Shown: piece after piece, positions 1 to 13,464 of the stretch
Position numbering within the stretch: the stretch's first letter is position 1
Layout: every line of letters starts with the position of its first letter
From: Lingula anatina
Taxonomy: Eukaryota > Animalia > Brachiopoda
Direction of reading: 5' to 3'
Length of the DNA stretch: 64,000 nt
Assembly: GCA_051362555.1 (NCBI GenBank)
Contig: CM120640.1
Span: 13,392,001 to 13,456,000 of the forward strand
The notes under the pieces: model-generated
What the model was told of the DNA's origin: nothing
What the model saw: the letters and a program-made list of their open reading frames with translations, nothing else
The model's database searches: none
Position numbers and translations under genes: made by a program

Positions 1-1773
1 CCCCAAATACAATAACCTCCACAAATCAGAAGTTGATTAGTTGTGTTTTTGTATGACCTTACTTCCTGACAAAATCTTAACCCTCTGTCTGAAAGCAAAT
101 GCTGTATATCTTTACTTGTAGCGTTTTTTTCCTATGCTCGAACCTTTCAGTAGAGCAACGCATGGTGAGAACACCTAACTGCGTCTTTCAGCAGAAGCAG
201 ATGTGCTCTTCACTGAAGACATTAAAGGAAAACATATTTTTTCTACTTGAACATTCCTGTAAAGATCATGCCCTGCTTTAAACCAACATCACTTCTCTCA
301 GTGGAAACCACTTCAAGGCGCCTTTACGCACCCTTAGGCTTGTTAATTTTGTTTGGAAATCTGTCCTCATCATTGAGATCTAACAGTTACTTCGAAAATG
401 TTGGATTAAAACAAACAGACTGTTGGGTTAGAAAATGTGTTGCGAGTTTGCGCGTGCGTCGAGTGTAAAACCAGAACGTGAAGAATGCTAGAACTTTAAC
501 AGATTGATCCGCCACACAGAGGTTTATTAAATATTAACGGGGTATTCTGTGCTGAAGAAGGCAATGACAATTTGCGCAGGCGTTATATTCTGGTGGCAGA
601 ATTGAAATCACAGTGGCAGCACAAGTGAATGAGCCTTCACAGTAACTGACTCTGGGTTAATAGGTACATTGTGTCGTATTTTAGGGTTGTTTAGATCATA
701 ATGTGAGCTAGATAGCCACTGCTGCAATTCATGTCTGGAAGAAAATTCCTCTAGTTAGTTTCCTTTAATGGGTAGCTTGTACGTGTCAAAATGCATTAGA
801 GATGGGATCTGCTTACGGCACTCGCAACGGAAATAATCTTAGCAAAAAATTAGTCTGATAAGAAGTTCACCTATTTTTTCATTTCTTATTGTGCGTCTAC
901 ACGAAACATACTATTTATATCAGCGTGTTATACTGCGCCCCTTGGTTCTTAATTATTACGCCGTGGTTTGTATTGTCTATTCAACGTCGTGTTTTATTTT
1001 CCTTTTTTTGTTCTATCAGTGTAGCTTTAAAATGACAAAATACCAACGAGGTGTACACAGAAGGCGTACACTTTATAACCTACCACATTTGGTTTAAGCC
1101 CCATTTGTTTTGAATTCGATATTTTAATCAGAATCGTAAAACATACCCACTACTTCCACTAGTAATCCCACCGACTTCTGCCACGCAACTCTTCATGCTT
1201 ATAATATGAAATAATCAGATATACACTAAGATATTAATATAAATTGCACCCTTGACAGCCATATTTCGTCCTGTAAAGATCTATCTTCTTCCTCGACTTA
1301 CTGGTTGATAAGCAAACCGAGAGCCGTAAATCTGATAAGATGCTTTATTGAACAATTCCTCTGGACAGAAATGAAATGCACACTAACACGATGGTGTTTG
1401 ATAGTCCCAATCTCCAGGAGTGCTACAGCAGCAATTAATGTGTAATTCGTAGTAAGATGTAATAAATCAAAAATATGCGGTGCAATAATCACTTATGTGA
1501 TTCCTTTGAAATTGCACAGAATTCTGCTAATATAAGGTGCAGTAATGTTGAAAATAAGGGAAAGTAGTCGAAAAAGACAATAAACGTGTGTGTGCGTGTG
1601 TGTGTGTCTGTGTGTGTGTATACACACAAACAGAGAGAGATATGCTTGACCTAAAAAAGAATCAAGGATATTAAATCTGCGTTCTAAATCTTTTAACTAA
1701 GCACGTCGTTTACCATAGTTCTGAGGTTTCGAATATTTTAGCTGTCATAAACACATTATGAGTAACTACTTAC

Positions 1774-1916
1774 CACATTGATGAGTTGAATCATAGTAAG
1801 TCCAAAATTGATCATTAGCTTGTCCGACAGGTTTTGCACAGGTCGTATAAGTGGGTTATAACCTGTCTTGTCAAAGAGGTCCTCCACCAGTTTGCTTTCG
1901 TCTTCGCTACCTAAAC
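1774..1916 (-). CDS. Gene A coding exon 2: nAChR subunit, insect beta1-like N-terminal ligand-binding domain (gene continues beyond left edge)
   Basis: 143 nt, acceptor ttttgctcag|, donor |gtaagt, phase 1->0. Encodes (G)LGSEDESKLVEDLFDKTGYNPLIRPVQNLSDKLMINFGLTMIQLINV, resembling the insect nAChR beta1 N-terminus (SEDEERLVRDLF..YNKLIRPVQN..FGL..QLINV). Confidence 0.9.
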
Positions 1917-4360
1917 CTGAGCAAAAATGGAAGAGAATACAGCTCGTCAATGATAATATTTTGAAAAAAGATGTTAAGCCGGTAGAATGAAGGCCTGCGT
2001 CCCATCCTCGGGGCCTTGCGTTCACACCCGTGTCCCGACTGCCCGACCACATTGGGAATACAAGATGTAAGTAGGCAACTACATAAGGCAATTCCGAACG
2101 GCAACAGCGCCTTCAAAAGTCCCATAGAGTAACATCCTAGTTAGGAAGCTTGAATGTTTGGGGTGCGTCTGCCAGCGATCCCAAACATGACTCGAGCTTT
2201 CTGGAGCTCTGCTCAGACTATCGCGGTCTGTTTTCGTCATCTGTTTACTCTTGTTATGAAGCTTTATGAAAGCCGACAGTTCGCTACCTTATGGTAATTA
2301 ACTCCAGGAAGAAAAAAGTCGAGAGAGAATGTGCGGTTATTAGGTTTAGTTGGATAAGAGTTAAGGGAACAGCGTAGCCTATATCACAGGGGGAAGGTGG
2401 ATATATTTAATTGATGACAGACGCGCCATTAAAAATCGTATGATCACGTGTGCATGTTGTCATTGAGCACTGAGAACAAATGGGGGATAAACATTACAAT
2501 CGACTTTTCGAATGGAGGCCGATTATCCAAAAGCTACCTACCCATGAAACTGTGACATTATCATGAATCGTATTGTATTTATACATCAACCTTTTGTGCT
2601 ACAGAAAACAATAATAACCAATATTTTCAATAGCATTTATGAATGAGGTGCTCACGCTCAATTTTATTTGATAGTAAACGCGATAAGTAACGTAGTTTAT
2701 TGGGGATAACTTACGCGAGGCGTAGCCCCAATCCATCATGTTCAATTGTTATCATCCGTTCAACTTCGACCGCAGAGGGTGCATGTGATGTATGTACAGA
2801 CGCATTGCACCTTCTACATGTTGCCCTCAGTGCAAGGTTACATCGGTGATCCTGACTAACTAACACCCTCGTTTTGTTTCGCAGTTTAACTGGGCCCTAT
2901 GCATATTTAACTTCAAGGTATTTGAGATACAGTTATGAATGGACCAGGTGAGAAGCACAACTTGACTTCCACTGTTCAATATTTGCCGATTATTTATTGA
3001 GATGAATAGAAGGAATGTTCTGTACCTCCCGGACTAATGGAAAGGAGTGAGACTGGGTTACACAATTCGGCTTACGCCTAAGGAACTATCTCACGTCGCC
3101 TCAAGACGGGCTTTGTCCGCCATACCACAGCCGTGGGTTGTTAGTCGACCATGATTAATTCAGTAATGCACTTTCTCTCGCACTCCATACCATGTAATCC
3201 AATAGTGTTGTATTATTCTCCTTATCGCTGGCTCTGAAGAAATATCTGTACAGTATTTGGCTTAATAAGCATTATCTAAATATAATAGCATAGAAAACCC
3301 CTGTTTTCACCAGAAATGCCATATCCATAGTACAATGCATGGCGCACAATTGATGTTTTTGGTAAGTTTACGAAAAGGCGAGCAACGAGGTTTCAATAAT
3401 TTGGCACTTTTTCACGACTGACGAATTGAAGCCTACCTGTCTAATGCACGTTTTGGACAAATTATACCATGTACTTAGGTCTACATGATGATTATGTATG
3501 CATTTAGTACACGTATAAATGTATATACAGTGCATCACAGTTATCAGACATCTGCGTCTTTATTTATGATCACTCCTAAAAGGTTGTAAATATATTATCA
3601 TGTATAATGGTTCTACACATTTTCAAAATAGATTGCAATACAAGGTGAGGTAACTAAAGGTATCACGAACCCATGCACCAGATAAGCCTGACCTTAGCAA
3701 GCTGTGCCCGCATTACGGAGACCAGAACAGAACGCTTGAATTGTCCCCGTTTAATCCGTTATTTCAAGGCTGTGCATACACCTTATGTTTCTGTTGAAAA
3801 GATGAGGCAAGATAACTTAACCTTTCACACAAGCGCCCAGAAAGAGCGAAACGAAGCATGTTTTATTAAAAGAAATAACCAAACTGGCACAATTAGATCA
3901 ATTTCAAACTAAGCCATACACGTATAGAAATATGCAATGTTCTCATTATGCTTTATTATGCTTCATTAGTCTCAGACATAGTTCACGCCTCATGGACAGG
4001 CGTGAAAATTCGATCTCTTGCAGTTATAGATTTGCTGCCAAAATTCTCTGGCATATGACATTTTGATGTATCACTGACTTCATGGTTCTGAAAGAATGCT
4101 TACATTCAGTACGGTGTGTTGTTTTTCTAACGTGTATACATTATACACTCTATTCCAACAAATGACAATGGAAGGTATCATGTGATTCTGCCTTTGAGAA
4201 AGACATTTAATGAAAATTTGTATTTCGATTTCATCCGTCCGATAGATTCACATTTGTAACCCTGATTAAACCCATTTAATACTGTAATTAGATAATGTCA
4301 ATATAATCTGCATCACATAGTTTTTGGTTAACAATACACTGATAGAAACATTCCACTTAC

Positions 4361-4442
4361 CTGTACGGGACACAAAACATTGGATTCGTATAGATGTTAA
4401 TATAACGTAGACAAAATAAAGCCCGATACAACTCCTCGTCAT
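4361..4442 (-). CDS. Gene A candidate coding exon 1 (signal peptide)
   Basis: ATG at 4442, 82 nt, MTRSCIGLYFVYVILTSIRIQCFVSRT(G). Ends in a perfect ACAG|GTAAGT donor in phase 1, matching the phase-1 acceptor at 1916. Confidence 0.6.
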
Positions 4443-6639
4443 ATTTCATGCTGATGCATTCAGACATCCAGAGGATAAAAACAATGCATAGTTTGAACTC
4501 TTAGGCAGAGTAACGCTGATTCTATAGTCTAGTTCTGGCACTGTTTCCACCATTGCCTCAAACGACACATCAATATTTCTACTGCACTGAGCATGCGCTA
4601 ATGGTCACTTTCTTTAGATCAATCAGTGGACATCCGGGGACTTTTGCGACAAGCGCAGTGTGTGATATTAGATGGGATGTAATTGATTCCGAATGCATAC
4701 GTAGTACTTTAATGCGAAAAATTACTTCCAGAAAGAGAAAATTGTGTTAGGGCAAATTGCATCACTGATCTACTGCAGCCAAATGCGATGGAAACTACGC
4801 TCTATAGATTTATATTAGTGACGATGTGTTATCATACAAATAAGATAAAGTATATGTATTTCATATGAGTTTTTTTTTTTTTAGTCAAAGATAGGACGAG
4901 ATTTTATGACCTGCCATTGTCATTAATAACATGTGCTTCTTTTCTTCAATTAATGCATTTATCAATAAGTATTTCCTTTATACAAAAAGCAATAACCCTA
5001 GCATCACGATTTTTCTCAAGAGTGATTTACGGCAAACTGTGGAGAAAAATCAAAGATGCCTTCAAAGAAAGCAACTGCAAGATAAAGAAGCTCTGTGTAT
5101 GTTCATATGTTATAACAATCGCCCAGATGTGTGTTATTCACTGTTTAAAACTGGATCGGGTGGATAATCGGAGCTGAGCCCAGGCACTGGATCTGTTCTC
5201 TGCGCGTTACATAAAAACTCAACGCTTGTGCTCGTCTGGCAAGCACAGATAAATTGAGGGATATGACGGCTCTTCAGGTCAGCTAGACATCTGATTATTG
5301 AATTGTTCTATAATTATTCTACTTGGCTAACCATGTTCTAATTTCCATTTAGAATGTGACCGGGACTTTGAAATAATTCAGCTCCTCGGTGTTGACTGAA
5401 TTAACTTTATTAGTTTCTCAGCATATGAAACTTCACGTCGATGAAACTTTTATTCCTATTGTTACGGGACCGTATTCTTAAAAGCGCACTGCAGCTGTAT
5501 AAATACGTGTGCATTGAAGCGACCGCGCTGTCGACACACAATCAAATCCGATAGCCGATACTTGATTCTCCCGGCAAGCAGAGGACACAAAACCTATCTA
5601 GTACTATTTAATTCATGGTAACTTCGCCCTTTAACTTTTATTGAATATCCCGCGTGAATTGTTTATTTGCGATCTTAACGTGTATTAGCTTTGATATCAT
5701 AAAAGTTTCAGACAATGGTGTGGCACGTGGGAACATATAACATCCCAAAGAGTATCAACACGGCTTAATATTTCTCCTACATCTTGATTACAACTAGTAT
5801 ATAGACACATTATTGTCGAGTGCGTATCAACATTCCCAATAACATATTGCATAATTAAGAACAGTTGTGACTGTGTACGTGTCTGCTCACCACCAACATA
5901 ACTTCTTGTCACTTGTATTTACCACATCCACTAAATATTTCTACCGTCTTAAGATATCTGGCACCCACATTTAGCTATTTCAATATACAGTATGAGTGGT
6001 ACATGTACAAATGCCGACATGCATTTAAGTAATGACGAAACCAAGTTACATTTCGAAAGATGAAATCAATTTATCCTGCTGTGTTAAAGATTACAGAAGC
6101 GAGGAACGGGATTCATCTACTGAGATATACATGTACTTTTATAAACGCAGGTCCGGAATCATTAATCCATTAGTAAATAACAACACAGTGTCGATATTCT
6201 TCACCTCGGAAGATCATAAAATCGTTTACTGCATGCTCCACTTCCAAGAACATATATCGAAAACTGACTAATCAATTTAATTGAAACTCCTTGTTGCATT
6301 GCCCAAGAAACCAAGGAAAGCTTTTAACCTGCCGCGCTGGTTTTATAATGCCAAATGCGCCTATATAAAACCTTTAATGTCACGATACTTAATGAGGCTA
6401 ATGTTTCAAGGTACGTATTCGCAAGAGACTGATTTTGTTAAAGGTTTATCGGACTTCCATCCACGCAGTTAAACACTATAATCGGGTTCTTCATGTATTG
6501 ACTATAGCAGCTCTGGGTGTGTCTGTTAAGTTCTCGCGTTAGGTGAAAGATAAAGGCGGACGCTGGCTATTTTCCTTGGGCATGAAATGACAAAAGAAGG
6601 AAAGGGCGTACAATTTGCATATTTTGCATTTATCCAAAG

Positions 6640-7110
6640 GAAAGATAAGATAAGATAAATATTTATTTTACCAACAAATTATACATTTATATAAAATAAT
6701 CAATATCGTTACACACGCATACCGTACAGTTAACACCTAAGAATTAATATTTTCTATAACGCATCTATAAGGGGCTAAACTATTTCAATTTCTTGTTAAA
6801 GAAGTGCGGTCGGTGTCTTGCCCTTCTCAATTTCACGATGTTCCATTGTATCACTCCATGTTACACTATTGTTCAATTTAAAAAACACCCAATAAATTAT
6901 CGTTTCTTGTTTAGTGACTTCACCGCCAATTTCTTTAGGAGTTTTATAGCTTTGATTTCTTATGTAGCCTACCATAATCTTTTTCGTTTTGCTAACATTC
7001 AAGGTTAAATTGTCACCTGTGAACCAGTTAACTATAGAGGGCGCCGATTGCCTGTGCTCAGACTCGTCATTTTCATGAAATACACCAACTAAGATGGTAT
7101 CATCGGCCAA
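6640..7110 (-). mobile_element. Degenerate non-LTR retrotransposon (Rex1/Babar-like LINE) reverse-transcriptase fragment
   Basis: ORF 6796-7110: ADDTILVG..NDESEHRQ..IVNWFTGDNLTLNVSKTKKIMVGY matches the Rex1/Babar RT pattern YADDT..GLI.N.DES.YR....W...NNL.LNVSKTKE. A short (TCTTA)n tail-like repeat lies near 6642-6660. Confidence 0.75.
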
Positions 7111-10100
7111 TTCACAAGCTTTCTTGGTAAAATAAAGATCAATGTTTGGGCTACTTCACGGCCTTATCGCCTTATCGAATCGCTAAAACAGTGCTGTGAC
7201 TTAATCCAAACCAATGCGTTAGGTGACATCGCAACCTAAACGCTTTCGCTGCCGACACAATCCCAGTGAATGCAGTTATTTAGAGCACCGCTGTCACGAT
7301 TGCCGCTTGCACACTTCTCTGCGCATCATATCGCACCGTTTCTGCTGCAAGTTATTTAAACAGGATCGGTTGTAAAAACCCGCCATACGGCGCGAAATCA
7401 CTATTCACGTGGCTAAGGTCCTTAAAGGGCGGACCGAAACGTCCGATATAATGCTCGCTAGTTAGTCTTGAAATCAAGAATAACTCTGCTTTATCAACTA
7501 TCTTGAGCCACGAAAAATACCTTATATTGTAAGGTTAGTTGTGTTGTTAAACCTGACACCTGCTGATTACTTTCGAAGTGATTACTTCATGATATGAAAG
7601 AAGGGTGGTGATTGATTTCTTACTTTTGTAAACTTATTTACGGCAATCTTGCAATAGGTAAACATTATATTTCTACCCCACTAAATGGCAATGCAATGTA
7701 AATCGCAGCAGTGTTCTACCAGTTATTTTCCTATCGAGACAAAGAAAACAATGTAATATAGTTCAACTGCAGCAGAGGTCGCAAAGGGTCGTTTTGTATA
7801 ATGCCACGGATAGCTTAATGGCCCCGGCGTGTTATGGTTTGTTCTTTTTGAGAGCTGTGATAATATATTGAGCACCTGAACGGAGATCTACTATTTTTTT
7901 TGTTCCATGTAGTAGGCTCGCCTCCTCGGGTGCTGTATAGGCCGAACTCCTTGATAGATTTGCCGAATATACATGCTTTGTTTACCTTTCTTGTTCCCGT
8001 TTTCGTTTATTATTTAGTGAAGGATTAAATTGATTTTCTCTCCGGTCAAATTTTAATTTGACATGTGATCGTTGAAGTCGATCTTTTTTGTGATAAATCT
8101 GACGTGTGCGATAGGGTAATGTAAAGTTTATATTTTTCCAAACATTGGTGCATTTTCGCACACACTGCAAATGAGATTTGTAATTGCCAAGCCGTATTTC
8201 CACGATACCATCATTACATACGTATACCTAAAACGTATAAAATACGTGTTGGCTCCATGTTATGACATGTGTATACATCGAAACTTAATCGCTTTTATCA
8301 CGTGTAACCCGCATTCAATTACTGAAGCGTAACTCGAGATGGACCACTCAATCACTGTAAAGAAACTTAGACTTTGGTTTCAGTCAAGAACTATATCTAA
8401 GATCAACCCAGCAGTAGGTTATGATAATAAGTTGATTCTATAGAAAGAATCACTGAAGTTTGTATCTGCACAAAATGTGTCTGCCTAATATGTTTTCTGT
8501 AATAAGTGAAAGCAACTAAATAAGCAAACACGCTTGACATCAAATATTTTGCTATATTAGATTATTTCTATGTGCGTAAATCAAGATCTGCTTCATTAAT
8601 TGTTAAAAGTTTGTACATAATACAGCTCATTGTAGACACAAGCTGTGGTCACATACATGTGCCACCGTTATGAAGCGCCGACTTCTAGTTCAGAGATGAA
8701 TAGCTTGTGCACTATAAATGTACAAGGACTGACAGCATTTTCCTTCAATTTCCACTTTTCCCCCTTCCGAAAATCCAATCGTAGTCAAGATTTGATTTGA
8801 ATATAGTTTAATAAGCAGAATGATCCATTCAGAATTGGTTAATTTCAAGCACAATAACCCTGCCTTGGGAATATTCTATTTTGCTCGGGGAGATTGCCAA
8901 CTCTAACTCACATTGACTAGATTAATTAAATTCTAAGCTTCTCTAAGGACTTGTTTCAGCTCCCATTGAGCACTAATGCACTGGTAGGGAGGAGGCGTTT
9001 GTGTGAGCCCGTACTTGTTATAAGCTGTGCATTGCTCCATAACTTTCTCATCGATCAGTCAATCATCATTCGATATTTGGTTTATCGACTGGGCTGACTG
9101 ACTAATGTTTGTGTGGACCAAAAGACAATTCATTGAAGACATCGTGTTTTCGTATGAAAGCAGGGCAATTTTTTTGCAATCACGTTCATGTACATCCATA
9201 ATTGATTCTCTTGTGGTTGGTTTGTCACACTCCGTATTAGAGTTAGTTTCTTGCTTTTTATCGTTCAGGATTTTTACCTAACCACAATGTGGAGCGCTAG
9301 AACGAGATCAACACACATGTAGCTTTTGATAATTCCTTTATTACAAATCTTTCGTTTTAGCTCCACAATAAATGTGAAAAGTAGCATTCCAATTAATCAA
9401 TTTCAGGAACTACCATTAGTGCTATATCATGTCGATGTTTAAGTGAACACTCGATCTAAACAAGGACGCTTTTGTGTATAATCCATGTCTACGTAAACGA
9501 TGTTTATTTAATCCTCCTAAAGAATGCTTTATTGATGTACGGGGTAGTTACAAGATATTTAACTATAAGACGGTAGTTTATTAAAATTTTATTTCCGGGA
9601 GGTAGACATGCTCAAGGATGTGCAGGAGAGATGCAGTCGGTGAGTGGGTGTGCCCCTACCATGGAGAAGCGTCCTGACAACCTTAGACGACAATGTTAAC
9701 TTTTTCTACAATGAACCCAGAGGATTGGACGTAGCCCTTTAAGTTCGTACGGAGCACATGTTTCCTTTATTTATCCCATGCATAACCGACAGCAATGGCG
9801 GGCGTTTGGTCAAATATATCAGAAACTGTAGACATGCAATTACCAGAATGACGCTCCCAGGTAATCTTTTAGCCATATGGCATTACCTAGAACAAATCGA
9901 ACCAGGTAACACGAACATTTAGTACTAACATCGGTAATGTTATGTTTGCTCAGTTGATTTGTATCTATTCAGCAATATCACTAGGCACTAGTGCCCATAT
10001 GTCTTGCCCGTGAAATGACCAGGAACACCACGTATAAAAATAATATACTGTTAGATACTGAAATCCACAGCATACAATTTGCAGGGCAGCCAGGTTTTAT

Positions 10101-11267
10101 TTTCAGCAGGGATATTGAAAATCGGGAGACGGACGGGTAAGGCACGTCATCTGGCGGTTACTAAATGTCAATCTTGTTTAGTTTCACAGTTGATTTGATT
10201 CAGATATCACGGTATATAACGTCAGCAAAATAAGGGTTTTTGGCCTTAAGTTAAATAAAGATTATCTGTATTATCAAACGTAATAGCTCATTTGAATGCT
10301 TAATATAAACTGATTACAATGAAATTACTGTTGCCCCTATCACGCATGTCCTGGCATGCACTTCAGTTGCTGTAGCTTAATGCGCAGAATGTAGCTAAAG
10401 CCAGTCATAGCGATGTGCTATAAGATCAAAGAAATCTGAAAGCGTTCATAATTTTTTGACCTTCTAAAATCTTATTTTAGCCTGGGTTGCACGCGCAGTT
10501 AATTTCCCGCGCTGACCACTCCGCCCATACTGCATTTTCAAGATAGCATAAAGTTGATTATTTGGTGAGTGGAGAGCAACTAAACCAGGTCTTTATATGT
10601 AGCTTTTTTGCTCTGTATATCCGACTCATTTATAAATACAAACTTTACGCACGGCTTGGCGAACATATGTTCAACTCAAAATTCCTTATCGTAATTTTAA
10701 TCTCTCTTGGATAATGTTGCTTGTATGAGTTACCAGCAGGTAAATAGTAATAATCTAACGGATGAAAACGCCCAATCCAAAGTCTTTTTTCTTTTTAAAA
10801 CAGCTGTTTAAAATTAATATCGCCCTTACAGTACTTATTTTCTTAAAGAATGATGGTTTGCATATACCAGATGCTATGGAGCTAATGATCCTAAAAACTT
10901 ACTTAAATATTCTACTCAAGACGTCCACTCACACGGTGGAAACACTACACCACACACTTACGTGGTTTCCTTAAGTTACATATTAAAAACAAACTTCAAG
11001 TTAAACTCGTATTCATACCCTTTATTTTAAATTCCTGCTTAGTCGTAGATAAAGGCAGACTTGCCTAATAATCAGGTTTATCAATGGAATTGATATCGCA
11101 TATTGAGATATACTAGTAACTGGTGAAAAAGAAATGTTTAAACGATAGGTAAATTAATTTCAAATACTCTTAACCACTTTTCAAATAACGATATTTTAAA
11201 TTTATTGGGAAACGTTTGAAGTGTATATTAAGATGAATCAGCCATTGAACTACATGTGCTGGTACCA

Positions 11268-11435
11268 GGTGTGAAGAGAATGGTAGTCCACTAGGAACCG
11301 TAATCCGTTCCCCAGTACTTTGCACAGGTGACATTTGCCCCATAAACTAACCCCAATACTCCGACTAACCCTAACCTGTACTAATCAAATGGCACCCCGG
11401 ACTTCCATTCCTAGGACTACCATTCCTGTTACACC
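11268..11435. mobile_element. MITE-like element with ~30-bp imperfect terminal inverted repeats and internal CTAACC units
   Basis: Left ggtgtgaagagaatggtagtccactaggaa vs right ttcctaggactaccattcctgttacacc (reverse-complementary); internal actaaccctaacc. Confidence 0.6.
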
Positions 11436-13399
11436 GGCATATGAATAATATAAGACGTACATGGACGTCCAGTATAGGCATTGAGCCAATACAAAGAGTG
11501 ACAACAGAACTAATTGCTCATGCAAGTGAATGCATAGAGGTTCAGTATATTATAAAATTGTAATTGATTTAGCGTGAAATGTGGGCTTCATGATCTCACC
11601 CTGCTTTCAGTTCCTATTTTGCCCTTACCCTAAGTTAGTATCTGAAGGCTAGGGATATTGATAGCGTAGTTAAGTAGACAGATGCCGTGCTGGATTTTAA
11701 GAGTTCAAGTAGGAATGTTACGCCCAAGGCCAACCACTTTTCTTGATTAAAACATCACTTCAGTCTGGTGGACTGAATTATCGAAATGACATAAACTGAC
11801 ACTTTGTGTGTAACGGTTTAAGACACGCAGAGGGTTGAATGACAGTTATTTTCAGTAGTTCCATCTAGTTCGTGTCCTTTTTCATAGTTGCTATATGGAA
11901 TTAGAGGAAGAAATTATTTGCCCGGTTCAATAATTGGTTGGTGTTGGCGCGGGAGTCACCCTGGGTTGCTCGAGCAGGAACACCTTGACGACCGAGCGGC
12001 GCGATAAATAGAGAAAATACTGAGATAAAATACTTGAGCGAGGTTAGCAATTTAGCAACAGTAACAACCCTTAAAAACACAACATGTAGTTCAAGCAATA
12101 GTTATTATAGACATTCTGCTATCCAGTGTTCGAGAACGAGATCGGGTTAGAGTAGTCTCGCGTCATTACTGAACGGCGTGATTATGATCAATTAACTGGT
12201 GATAAATGTCCAATTTGCGCGTATTTTAACTCAATGCCTTTGACGAGACAAGATGCGCGTATCTGTTTAGTTTCAAAGAGCGTAATGTTTTACAGAAATT
12301 TTTTCTCCATTTAACAAACCATTGGCACCGAACCGTATATTAGTAAGCCAGGGTGATTGTGCTTACATACAGGCTTATTTTGCTGGTGTAATTCATTGAT
12401 TTCACTGGTTCTTGCTGAGGCAATGAGTGATTCACCTTACTCTCATCATGACTCCTGGTTTGACATGACATAATGTCGCACATATTGAGATTTACAAATA
12501 CTACAAAACCTGACTAAATTTCAAATAGTGTAAATTGTTTAAAATGATTTGAAATGGTTAAATGAGGTTTGAATGCTTAGCGAGGCATGTTTAGGCTTAC
12601 GTACAAGCATTAAGATTATTAATATTATTTACAAAAATTATGTATTTGGGAAGAAAACCTTGAATGTATGTCCTTAACAAATCGCTGATCAATCAAAACT
12701 GCCGCCATTTGAAAAACACCCATCCGCCTCTTTACTGTCTTCAATCTTGGACACGGATAGCTGAGGGCCTCTATTTTGCGAGCGTTAAGTCCACACGTGG
12801 ACCATTGCATACAGGCACTAGCTTCGGGCCAAATAGACCTAACACAGCGTCTAATCTTGTTCCCTGAATAACATCGGAGATGATGTCAGCAACAAATCGG
12901 GGACAACATTCGCCCTAAAGACAAACATACTGAAGGCAGCTTCCAGGCACTTAAAACATGAACACAATAAAAATAAGGTAAACTTTTTGTCTTTGGCAAG
13001 AAGCCATACGCAACCGTTTATAAAAGATAAAGAAAAGCGTATAGGAATGCGACTTATTTCGCAATACAGTTCATTTGTGTATATGGATTCAAATGATGTC
13101 CAAACGAGATTTTCCTTCAGCATATTATATGCGAGATAGCCTGACAAGAATAATAATTGATATCGAATTAAAGTCATAAAATATCTTCATATCAATAGAC
13201 GTATTATAGTGAGTGCGATTAATTACTTTTCTGATATCGTCCTCTGCGACTGGTTTTCGGTCACAAGTTATTTGTCATCCTTTATGAACTGGTGGCATTT
13301 GTTGACTAATTGTCTAGAATGTGCAATGTGTGTCGCCTGTTTCTACGCGTGTAATATTTCAATGTTAATGTATTCATTTTCGGAGTTCTGAAACAGCTG

Positions 13400-13401
<2 letters not shown>

Positions 13402-13461
<60 letters not shown>
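13402..13461. repeat. (TA)n microsatellite
   Basis: ~60 nt of pure AT dinucleotide. Confidence 0.95.
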
Positions 13462-13464
<3 letters not shown>

